Below are positions 56,709-64,000 of a stretch of DNA of 64,000 bases, piece after piece. The stretch comes from an uncultured Actinomycetota bacterium. Lineage in GTDB: Bacteria > Actinomycetota > Actinomycetes > Streptosporangiales > Streptosporangiaceae. How positions within the stretch are numbered: position 1 is the stretch's first letter; each line of letters begins with the position of its first letter. The notes beneath the pieces are model-generated. The model worked only from the letters and a program-made list of their open reading frames with translations. It had not been told where the DNA came from and ran no database searches. The position numbers and the translations under genes are program-made. The DNA lies in contig CAWHQU010000010.1 of assembly GCA_963831615.1 (NCBI GenBank), forward strand, positions 27,404-91,403. Reading direction: 5' to 3'.

Positions 56709-58472
56709 ATGGCACTTCGAGCAGCTGGCTCGGGCCGCCGTGAGCGGTCCCGCCGCGTCGGCACGGCGAAGCTAGTGGCGGTAGCGATCGCGGTCTCCGC
56801 CGTGTGCATGGTCAGCTTCGCGGCCAAGGCGGTGATCACTCGCGCGGACTGTTCCGACACGCCGGTACTGGTGAACGTGGCAGTCAGCTACGACATCGCG
56901 CCGGCTATCGAGACGGTTGCGCGTGCATTCAACAACCAGAACTTCACCGCCTCGGGGCGGTGCGTGCAAGTGCAGGTCACCGAAGGCGATTCGGCGACTC
57001 AGGCGAACCAGATCGACGGCCAGGCCGGGCTCGGCGGGCTGCCCACCATCGACGCCTGGATACCGGACTCAAGCCTGTGGGTGGACCTGGCTCGCAGCTA
57101 CCCGCTGGGTGCCGAGAACGTGCAGCCCACCGGCAAGAGCGTTGCCCGGTCACCGCTGATGCTGGTCACCACCACCGCCGTCGCCGCCAAGACACACATC
57201 TTCGACTCCCCGCCCAGCTGGAATGTGCTGCTGCCGCCGTCCGATGGCGGACCCCCCGCCAGCCTGGGGCTTGCTGTGGACCTGCCGGACCCGACCGATA
57301 GCTCGGCAGGCCTGGCCACGCTGATCGAGGTCAGCCGCCGGCTCGGGAACAGCGCTGCGGCCAGGGCTGGGTTCACCCAGTTCGTGCTGAGGGTCGAATC
57401 GACCGAGGACTTCGACTCGGTCTCCGGACTGCAGCAATTCGCGGCGTCTACGCAGACGCCGTTCTTCCGGCAGGCCGTGACGGTGGCCAGCGAGCAGGCC
57501 GTGCTCGCCTATGACAAGGCAACCCCCAAAGCGCCGCTCGATGCGCGATACCCGACCGGCCCGGATGCGTCGTTCGGCAGTCCGGAGCTCGACTACCCGT
57601 ACGTGCTGACCACCTCGAAGGCCAGGCCGCTCCAGGCGGCAGCTGAGTTCGGCAGCTACCTGCAGTCCAGCTACGCCCGATCGGCCATCCGGTACTACGG
57701 GTTCAGGTCTTCTGACGGTGTCCCGGACGTCATGCCGGCCTCCGCTGGACTGAGCTCCCAGCCGCTGCAGGTGGCTACCGCCGCAACCGCCGCTCAGGTC
57801 GCGTCCAACCTCCAGGCCTGGGAGAAGCTGGGCCTCGGCTCGCGCGACCTGGCCCTCATCGACGTGTCGCCGGCGATGGCTGAGCCGGATGGCGACGGCA
57901 CTCAGACCCTGCACGAGGAGCTCAACCAGACCGCAGCTCGCGGCCTGGCGCTCTTCCCGAACTCCACGAGCATGGGCTTGTGGGAGATGGGCGCTGATAA
58001 CTCGGTAAGCAAGCCTTATACGCAGCTCGTGTCGATCGGGCCGCTGACCGCCGACTACGGCGTGATCACCCGCCGGACTCAGCTTCAAGAGCTGACCGGG
58101 ACACTGCCCATCGGGCACGGCAGACTCCCGCTGCACGCCGCGATCCTTGACGCCTACCGGGAGATGACGCAGACCTACCTGCCGGACTACTCCAACGCCG
58201 TGCTTGTGCTCACCGCGGGCGTGGACGGCGCGCGCCATGACCTGCCGGTCAGCTCACTGGTGGCCAAGCTCCGCGCGCTCTACAACCCTGGCAAGAAGGT
58301 CGAGCTCGTGATCTTGATGTTCGGCCAGCAGGGCAACTTCGCCGCGCTCCAGCAGATCGCGAACGCAACCGGCGGGGTCGCCTACCAGGTCACGAACCCG
58401 GCCTCGGTCGGGAAGATCTTCATCGAGGCCGTGTCCCAGCGGATGTGCAATCAGGGCTGCGCGGCACCTTAG
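56709..58472 (+). CDS. Substrate-binding plus von Willebrand factor A (VWA) domain protein, membrane-anchored
   Basis: N-terminal anchor LVAVAIAVSAVCMV, periplasmic-binding-like first half, VWA-like second half (DLALIDVSPAM...VLVLTAGVDG...VELVILMFG). ATG at 56709. Confidence 0.7.
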   Translation: MALRAAGSGRRERSRRVGTAKLVAVAIAVSAVCMVSFAAKAVITRADCSDTPVLVNVAVSYDIAPAIETVARAFNNQNFTASGRCVQVQVTEGDSATQANQIDGQAGLGGLPTIDAWIPDSSLWVDLARSYPLGAENVQPTGKSVARSPLMLVTTTAVAAKTHIFDSPPSWNVLLPPSDGGPPASLGLAVDLPDPTDSSAGLATLIEVSRRLGNSAAARAGFTQFVLRVESTEDFDSVSGLQQFAASTQTPFFRQAVTVASEQAVLAYDKATPKAPLDARYPTGPDASFGSPELDYPYVLTTSKARPLQAAAEFGSYLQSSYARSAIRYYGFRSSDGVPDVMPASAGLSSQPLQVATAATAAQVASNLQAWEKLGLGSRDLALIDVSPAMAEPDGDGTQTLHEELNQTAARGLALFPNSTSMGLWEMGADNSVSKPYTQLVSIGPLTADYGVITRRTQLQELTGTLPIGHGRLPLHAAILDAYREMTQTYLPDYSNAVLVLTAGVDGARHDLPVSSLVAKLRALYNPGKKVELVILMFGQQGNFAALQQIANATGGVAYQVTNPASVGKIFIEAVSQRMCNQGCAAP

Positions 58473-58585
58473 CTGCCTCACTTCAACGCGACCGTGCACG
58501 AGCTCGAAGCCACGCTCCGAAATTCCGAAAAATCGAGTGCGGATTCTTGTGAACCTGTCGTACCGACCGCGCGTCTTTCTTGCAT

Positions 58586-58616
58586 GAGGCCCGGCGAGAG
58601 CGGGGCGCCGGGCCTC
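58586..58616. terminator. GC-rich hairpin between convergent genes
   Basis: GAGGCCCGGCG-AGAGCGGGG-CGCCGGGCCTC: perfect 11-bp stem. Confidence 0.55.
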
Positions 58617-58622
58617 ACTCCA

Positions 58623-58653
58623 AGACTCCAGGTCCCGAGCGGGCCCGGAGTCT
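58623..58653. terminator. Second hairpin between the same convergent genes
   Basis: AGACTCC...GGAGTCT outer 7 bp plus an inner GGTCC/GGGCC stem (one mismatch, one G-T), 5-nt loop. Confidence 0.45.
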
Positions 58654-58688
58654 TTGCATCTGGCGGGCCGGTGCAGTAGCTAACGGCG

Positions 58689-59684
58689 TCAGCCGACGGA
58701 ATCCAGCATCTGGTGAGCCCGCGCGATCAGGACCGGCACTGCCGGACCCTCCCGCTCGAAGCCCTCGCCGACGGTCTGGTTGAGCAAGTAGCGAGCATGG
58801 ATGCCCTCCAGGACCACAGCGAGTTTGAAATAGCCGAACGCGATGTAGTAGCCGATGGCGGAGACATCCCGGCCGGTCAGCTCCGCGTACCGGGCCGCGA
58901 ACTGGCCGCGGGTGAAGAAGCCCGGCAGCGCGGTGATGGTAGCGCCGACATTCAGGTCCGGGAACGCCTCACCCGCGTCAGCCCAGTACGACAACGTCAG
59001 GCCCAGGTCAGCCAGCGGGTCACCAAGCGTGGACATCTCCCAGTCAACGACCGCCGCGATCCGGGCCGGGGTAGTGAGCTGCACCAGCGTGTTGTCGAGC
59101 CGGAAGTCGCCGTGCACGAGGGTGCCTTCGGCCTGGGCCGGGTCCGGCAGCCCGGCGGCGAGCCTGGCGACCAGCTCGTCGTATCCGGGCACCTCCCGGC
59201 TATTCGACAGCTTCCACTGACGCTGCCAGCGGGAGAGCTGACGGGCCAGGTAGCCTTCGGGCCGGCCGAAGGTCTCCAGGCCGGCCGCTGCGAGATCGAC
59301 ACCGTGGATGGTCGCGAGCATCTGCGCCAGCAGTTCGGACAGTTCGGCGGCCTGGGCAGGCGTCAGCAGCTCGCCGTCTTGCTTAGTCCGTAGCACCAGG
59401 CCATCCACGTACCGCATGAGATAGAAGGGAGCCCCGATGACCTCGGGATCCTGGCAGTTAGCTAGCGGCTCCGGTACCGGTACGGCGGTCCCGGCCAGCG
59501 CCGAGAGCACCCGGTACTCGCGACTCATATCGTGCGCCGTGGGCAGCACGTGACCAAGCGGCGGCCGGCGGAGCACGATCTGCCCGCCGTCAAGGTCCAC
59601 CCGGTAGGTGAGGTTGGAGCGACCCCCGGAGATCAGCTGTACACCGCGCAGCTCGCCCAGGTCAGCCAGGCCCGTTTCGGCCAT
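58689..59684 (-). CDS. Phosphotransferase (APH/choline-kinase fold) family protein
   Basis: ISGGRSNLTYRV, LVHGDFRLDNTLV (catalytic HGDxxxxN), VVDWEMSTLGDPLADL. Confidence 0.8.
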   Translation of the reverse strand: MAETGLADLGELRGVQLISGGRSNLTYRVDLDGGQIVLRRPPLGHVLPTAHDMSREYRVLSALAGTAVPVPEPLANCQDPEVIGAPFYLMRYVDGLVLRTKQDGELLTPAQAAELSELLAQMLATIHGVDLAAAGLETFGRPEGYLARQLSRWQRQWKLSNSREVPGYDELVARLAAGLPDPAQAEGTLVHGDFRLDNTLVQLTTPARIAAVVDWEMSTLGDPLADLGLTLSYWADAGEAFPDLNVGATITALPGFFTRGQFAARYAELTGRDVSAIGYYIAFGYFKLAVVLEGIHARYLLNQTVGEGFEREGPAVPVLIARAHQMLDSVG

Positions 59685-59928
59685 CCATTTAGCTAGCGAG
59701 ACCGGATCCGCCGGGACACCGGGACGCGCTGGATACCGCCGGGAACCTCAATGCCACCTGTCACCATTCACCTCATCGGGACTTATGTTCTGCGCTGGCC
59801 CCAGTTCCGAGCCCGCCGACTGCCGCCGGCCGGAACCGCATGCCGTAATGATTCCTTATCGGCGGCCACACGCACAGGGGTCTGCCGCGTGATATGCGCC
59901 GTACCGGAGCGACGGTACGGTATGCAAC

Positions 59929-60621
59929 ATGAGCGCCGAGAGTCTCTCCACGACACCCAGGACCACACTGCACCGCCTACGGGAACGAGGACGCTCTGAG
60001 CGCGCGGACCTCGACGCCGTACTCGATGCGGGGCTGGTCTGTCACCTCGGTGTCGTCATCGACGGTGCACCGGTCGTTCTGCCGACCGGCTACGGCCGGA
60101 TCGGTGACACGCTGTACCTGCACGGCTCGTCGGCCAACCGGTCCCTGCTGACCAGTGCCGGGCAGCAGGTGTGCGTCACCGTCACGCTGCTCGACGGCCT
60201 GGTCTGCGCCAGGGCCGTGTTCCATCACTCAATGAATTACCGCAGCGCGGTGATCTTCGGTGAGGCCCGACTGGTGACCGATCCTGACGAGAAGCTGGCA
60301 GCGCTGCGGGCAGTGACCGATCACCTGGTCCCCGGCCGCTGGGAGCATGTCAGGGAGCCGAACCGCAAGGAACTGGCCGCGACTGCCGTCCTGGCCCTGC
60401 CACTGGACGAGGCGTCGGTCAAGGTCAGGACCGGCCCCCCGAAGGACGACGAGGAAGATTACGACTCCGGTATCTGGGCTGGCGTGCTGCCGGCAGCACT
60501 GACCTTCGGGGCGGCGGAGCCGGATCCGGCACTGACCGGTGGCGTGCCCGTTCCCGGCCATATCGTTGCCCTGGCCGACCGGGTCCGGGGCGCCGCGCCA
60601 GCGGCTTCCGGCGAGCGCTGA
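59929..60621 (+). CDS. Pyridoxamine 5'-phosphate oxidase-related FMN-binding protein
   Basis: TTLHRLRERGRSERADLDAVLDAGLVCHLGVVIDGAPVVLPTGYGRIGDTLYLHGS is the typical N-terminus of this split-barrel family. Confidence 0.75.
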   Translation: MSAESLSTTPRTTLHRLRERGRSERADLDAVLDAGLVCHLGVVIDGAPVVLPTGYGRIGDTLYLHGSSANRSLLTSAGQQVCVTVTLLDGLVCARAVFHHSMNYRSAVIFGEARLVTDPDEKLAALRAVTDHLVPGRWEHVREPNRKELAATAVLALPLDEASVKVRTGPPKDDEEDYDSGIWAGVLPAALTFGAAEPDPALTGGVPVPGHIVALADRVRGAAPAASGER

Positions 60622-60666
60622 GCGCCGCTGGCGCGGCGGGGAGGCCCGATCACCTAGGCTGAACCA

Positions 60667-61296
60667 ATGACTGACCGGCTCGTCTGGATCGACTGCGAGA
60701 TGACCGGGCTTGATCTCACCAGCGACGCCCTCGTGGAGATCGCGTGCATTGTCACTGACGGTGAGCTCAACGCCCTCGATGACGGCATTGACGTGCTGAT
60801 CAAGCCCCCGGCCGAGGCCCTGGACGGCATGAACGACGTCGTCCGGGAGATGCACACGACCTCTGGCCTGCTGGCCGAGCTACCGGCCGGGCTGACCCTG
60901 GCGGAGGCCCAGGACCTCGTGCTCGGCTATATCCGGCAGCATGTGCCCGAGTCGCGGAAGGTGCCGCTGTGCGGCAACTCCATCGCGACCGACCGGTCGT
61001 TCCTGGCCAGGGACATGCCGGAGCTGGACGCGTTCCTGCACTACCGGATGGTCGACGTGTCGAGCATCAAGGAACTGGCCAGGCGCTGGTACCCGCGGGC
61101 GTACTTCGCCAGCCCGGAGAAGCACGGCGGGCACCGGGCGCTGGCCGACATCAAGGACAGCATCCGCGAGCTTCAGTACTACCGGGAGGCCGTCTTCGTG
61201 CCCCAGCCGGGCCCGGACACGGCCACGGCGCGCCAGCTGGCCGCTCGCTTCGCCGCGCTGCCGGCGGCCGACGGCCAATCCGGTTCTGCAGAGTGA
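60667..61296 (+). CDS. orn: Oligoribonuclease
   Basis: [13 protein letters not shown] (DEDD motif I), [26 protein letters not shown] (motif III). Followed by tRNA-His, as is common in actinobacteria. Confidence 0.92.
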   Translation: MTDRLVWIDCEMTGLDLTSDALVEIACIVTDGELNALDDGIDVLIKPPAEALDGMNDVVREMHTTSGLLAELPAGLTLAEAQDLVLGYIRQHVPESRKVPLCGNSIATDRSFLARDMPELDAFLHYRMVDVSSIKELARRWYPRAYFASPEKHGGHRALADIKDSIRELQYYREAVFVPQPGPDTATARQLAARFAALPAADGQSGSAE

Positions 61297-61350
61297 CCGG
61301 CGCCCGGTATGCTTCGTAGGCCGCTGCGGCATTAACCTGTCGGCGGCGAT

Positions 61351-61428
61351 GGTGGGCGTAGCTCAGTTGGTTAGAGCGCCAGGTTGTGGTCCTGGATGTC
61401 GTGGGTTCGAATCCCATCGCTCACCCCA
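61351..61428 (+). tRNA. tRNA-His (anticodon GTG) with genome-encoded G-1 and CCA
   Basis: Folded by hand: G-1. Acceptor GTGGGCG/CGCTCAC (one G-T). D arm GCTC-AGTTGGTTA-GAGC. Anticodon arm CCAGG-TTGTGGT-CCTGG. Variable ATGTC. T arm GTGGG-TTCGAAT-CCCAT. Discriminator C at 61425, CCA at 61426-61428. Confidence 0.93.
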
Positions 61429-61441
61429 ATGAAACTGCAGG

Positions 61442-61759
61442 TCAGAGGCCTGCTTCCGGATCACGACGGACTACTTCTCTCGCGCGGTGCCAGATTCTGG
61501 GAGCGCTTTGGGAGCGGATCTTGAAGTCCAGCTCCCGTTGACGGGTGAGCAGTTCGTCTAGAACCGCCACCCTCGACGTCGGCGCCAGGCGGGTGCGCTC
61601 CCGCAGCGACTGATCCCGTAGCTCTTCCAGTCCGGCCTTAAGTTCTGCATGCATGCCGGGCGTGATGGGGCTGTAGAGGCCCCGCATGCCGGGCACTTCG
61701 TGCCCCATGCGCCCGGACTGCAGGACGTAGCGGATGCCGAGGTCGTCGAGCCAGGTCCG
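61442..61759 (-). pseudogene. C-terminal remnant of a tyrosine recombinase (phage/AICE-type integrase)
   Basis: The frame reads RTWLDDLGIRYVLQSGRMGHEVPGMRGLYSPITPGMHAELKAGLEELRDQSL..., the extreme C-terminus (catalytic Tyr region) of actinobacterial integrases. An in-frame TAA at 61760-61762 and the absence of any N-terminal or core domains show truncation. Degraded similarity may extend to about 61884. Confidence 0.65.
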
Positions 61760-61891
61760 TTACATGTCGGGAGCAACGATGCGAGCGCCATCGGCTCCGC
61801 GGGAGCGGCCTGCGTACCAGCACACAAGGTACCGGCGATCTTGTGACTTCCGACGAGACCGTCGAGGCGGAGCCGGATAGCCATCGCTAGG

Positions 61892-62833
61892 TCAACGACT
61901 GCTGGCCGCCCTCAAGCGCACGTCAATGGCGTCCCGCAAACCTTCACCGATGAAGTTGAAGCCAACAACCACCGCGACGATGCAGAGTCCAGCAGGCCAA
62001 ATCTGCCACCAGTATCCGGCAAACGTATAGTTGACACCATTGGCGAGCATGCTCCCCCAATTCGCTGCCGGCGGGGGTATGCCCAGGCCCAAGAAGCTCA
62101 GGGCCGCCACCGTCAGAACTGCATCCGCAACCTGAAACGTCGCATTCACGACAACGGTGCCAAAAACATTGGGAACCATGTGCCTGATCACAATCCGTAC
62201 TCCAGTCGCCCCTGCGGATCTCGATGCCTCAACAAAGGGACGCTCCCTTAGGCTGAGCACCTCAGCGCGCACCAGCCTCGACGGAACGAGCCATGCAAGC
62301 GCGGTAATCACGAAGATCAATACGAACACCGAGGGCTTCAGGATCGAGTTCAGGAAGATCAACAGAAAGATCCCGGGAATGGCTAGGGCAGCGTCAACGA
62401 TACGCATCATCAAGCTATCCACGACGCCCCGGCTCACGCCAGCCACACAGCCCCAGATCATTCCGATGCTGGTAGCCAATACTGCCACAGCGAGAGCAAC
62501 AAGCAGCGTGATCTGTCCGCCAACCATCAACCGCCCCAACTCGTCGTATCCGACCGAGTCCGTGCCAAGCAGATGTTTGAGACTCGGCGGCTGGTTGGCT
62601 ATCGGAACGTCAGTTGCAATTTGATTCGTGTGGTAGAAGACTGGTCCAACAAAACAGAAGAGCAAGAATCCAAGTACAATTACGAGCCCGGCGAGAGCGA
62701 GGCGATTTTGGCGAAAGACAAGCAATGCTGCCGTCCGCAGCGAGGTACCCCTGACGCCGCTATCGTCCCCAGTGACGTCGGCTTGTGCGACGCTCACTGT
62801 TCCCTTCCCACTTGGCCGCTCATTGCCGATCAC
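61892..62833 (-). CDS. ABC transporter permease (DppC/OppC-like), lower-GC gene
   Basis: LALAGLVIVLGFLLFCFVGPVFY..., LLGTDSVGYDELGRL, EAA loop FVEASRSAGATGVRIVIRHMVPN. GTG start overlaps the upstream stop (GTGA). Confidence 0.85.
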   Translation of the reverse strand: MIGNERPSGKGTVSVAQADVTGDDSGVRGTSLRTAALLVFRQNRLALAGLVIVLGFLLFCFVGPVFYHTNQIATDVPIANQPPSLKHLLGTDSVGYDELGRLMVGGQITLLVALAVAVLATSIGMIWGCVAGVSRGVVDSLMMRIVDAALAIPGIFLLIFLNSILKPSVFVLIFVITALAWLVPSRLVRAEVLSLRERPFVEASRSAGATGVRIVIRHMVPNVFGTVVVNATFQVADAVLTVAALSFLGLGIPPPAANWGSMLANGVNYTFAGYWWQIWPAGLCIVAVVVGFNFIGEGLRDAIDVRLRAASSR

Positions 62834-63771
62834 TGGTACCGAACCCTAGGGTCGGCAACTCCGTAGAGAATATCGGCCAGCAGGGATCCCAGGACCACTC
62901 CCAGGCCCACCACCAGGGTGGTGCCCAACATGACTGGGAAGTCCTCGGTTTGGGCCGCATTCCAGAAGAGCAAGCCCATGCCCGGATAGTTGAAGAGCGA
63001 TTCGACGATCAAAGCGCCGCCCAGGATGCCGGGCAAGCTCAGCCCCACCAACGTGATGACCGGTAGCAGGGCGTTGGGAAGTACATGCCGGAAGAGGACG
63101 CGAAGGATTGACGCCCCTTTCGCTTTCGCCGTGCGCACGTAGTCCTCGGCAAGATTTTCGAGCGATGCCGAGCGCATGTATCGACTGAATAGGGCCACCG
63201 TGACCAGCGTGAGAGTTGCCACTGGCAGGACCAGATTCGGAATCTGCGAGGTCAGCGAGGCCGTCGCCGTGGGCCCCGTGGAGGGGAGGATCGGGGCGAC
63301 ATCGCTGAACACAATGATCAGCACCAGCCCAAGAAAGAAGCTGGGCATCGAATAGAAGATGAAGGCGAATCCCGTCAGTGCGTAGTCGGCCGGCGAGTTG
63401 CGCCTGACGGCTTGGAGCAAGCCCAGCGGAACGGCAATGCCGATGGCTATGACTGTGGCCGACCCCGTCAACACCAAGGTCCGGGGGATGTTTTCGGCGA
63501 GCAGCGAGACCACGCTCTGGTTCAGTTTATAGGAGAAGCCTAGGTTCCCCCGGAGCACCTGAGAAATCCACACCACATACTGGATCGGCAGTGGCCGATT
63601 CAGCCCATATTGGGCATTGAACGTCCTGATTGATGCGGGGTTCGCCCGTAGGCCCAAGCTCGCTCGGGCCGGGCCACCCGGAAGCAGGTGGAGAAGCAGG
63701 AACACAATGAGGGACACCCCAAATAGAACGATCAATGCGTGGAGGGCCCGTCGGATCAGGTATGCCGTCAT
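62830..63771 (-). CDS. ABC transporter permease (DppB/OppB-like), lower-GC gene
   Basis: MTAYLIRRALHALIVLFGVSLIVFLLLHLLPGGP, EDYVRTAKAKGASILRVLFRHVLPNA. Many A/T-ending codons, unlike the rest of the window. Confidence 0.85.
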   Translation of the reverse strand: MTAYLIRRALHALIVLFGVSLIVFLLLHLLPGGPARASLGLRANPASIRTFNAQYGLNRPLPIQYVVWISQVLRGNLGFSYKLNQSVVSLLAENIPRTLVLTGSATVIAIGIAVPLGLLQAVRRNSPADYALTGFAFIFYSMPSFFLGLVLIIVFSDVAPILPSTGPTATASLTSQIPNLVLPVATLTLVTVALFSRYMRSASLENLAEDYVRTAKAKGASILRVLFRHVLPNALLPVITLVGLSLPGILGGALIVESLFNYPGMGLLFWNAAQTEDFPVMLGTTLVVGLGVVLGSLLADILYGVADPRVRYQ

Positions 63772-63961
63772 TCTCAGCTTTCTCCGCGCCCAGACGCTGG
63801 TCGCATTGACCTCATCTCCCGCGATGCAAGTCTAGGGGTGGTCGGCTTGATACCGATGGCACCTGCTCGGCATCTGTATCCGCCAGTAGCCCCCTGGCCC
63901 CCTTACTGCCGTCCGCCGAGCCGCCAAACCACCCAATGGGATGGCGGCAACAATCTCTGCG

Positions 63962-63994
63962 CTGGCGTGCGGACCCCAGTGGTCCGCACGCCAG
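63962..63994. terminator. Perfect 14-bp-stem hairpin upstream of the permease genes (probably follows a gene lying beyond the window end)
   Basis: CTGGCGTGCGGACC-CCAGT-GGTCCGCACGCCAG. Confidence 0.5.
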
Positions 63995-64000
63995 CCTCGT

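Noticed and set aside
57150-58238. 362-aa minus-strand ORF
   Set aside because: It is antisense to the substrate-binding/VWA gene and shows no motifs.
59899-59920. Hairpin CCGTACCG-GAGCGA-CGGTACGG 8 nt upstream of the PNPOx-related gene start, as a possible riboswitch or translational control element
   Set aside because: It is a short single stem with no additional conserved structure visible. It cannot be distinguished from chance in GC-rich DNA.
61558-61884. 108-aa minus-strand ORF next to the integrase fragment
   Set aside because: It overlaps the integrase remnant in another frame and looks like frameshifted integrase debris rather than an independent gene.

Overview
High-GC actinobacterial chromosome segment; the mycothiol ligase gene mshC supports Actinomycetota. 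It is almost entirely conserved core genome.

Layout:
- 1-7.3 kb: mannoside-type sugar locus, with a ROK regulator, SIS isomerase, ROK kinase, sugar ABC importer and a GH38 alpha-mannosidase that runs off the left edge.
- 7.4-15.5 kb: the conserved rimP-nusA-ylxR-infB-DUF503-rbfA-nrnA-truB cluster.
- 15.6-23.5 kb: two DUF4439 ferritin-like genes, an XRE/DUF5753 regulator with a divergent Ala-rich protein, HelD, a GNAT and a secreted alpha/beta hydrolase.
- 23.6-28.8 kb: ispG-rseP-dxr plus a class II DAHP synthase.
- 28.8-42.8 kb: cfa, an FAD oxidase, PNPOx, DinB, a racemase-like gene, DUF4192, two uncharacterised secreted paralogues, mshC, an amidase, an HtrA-like protease, YbaK and a CPBP protease.
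- 42.9-53.7 kb: a second sugar locus, with two ROK genes, a peptide-type (family 5) ABC importer, a GH4 hydrolase and a BadF-type kinase.
- 53.9-61.4 kb: housekeeping genes ending in orn and tRNA-His.
- 61.4-64 kb: an integrase remnant and visibly lower-GC ABC permease genes, which I read as the edge of a genomic island.

I found no CRISPR array, rRNA or recognisable defence system.

Most notable observations:
- A nine-unit array of 15-bp repeats lies next to a tandem pair of Cys-rich secreted paralogues of unknown function.
- Unrelated 15-bp tandem duplications recur at seven or more loci.
- At least five conserved genes are split by single-base frame changes. Two of these I could pin to G/C triplets. 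Assembly indels are more likely than real pseudogenes.
- There are several strong AT-rich operator-like palindromes and an 84-bp structured inverted-repeat element.

All calls come from reading the sequence and translations and from family motifs recalled from memory. No searches were run.
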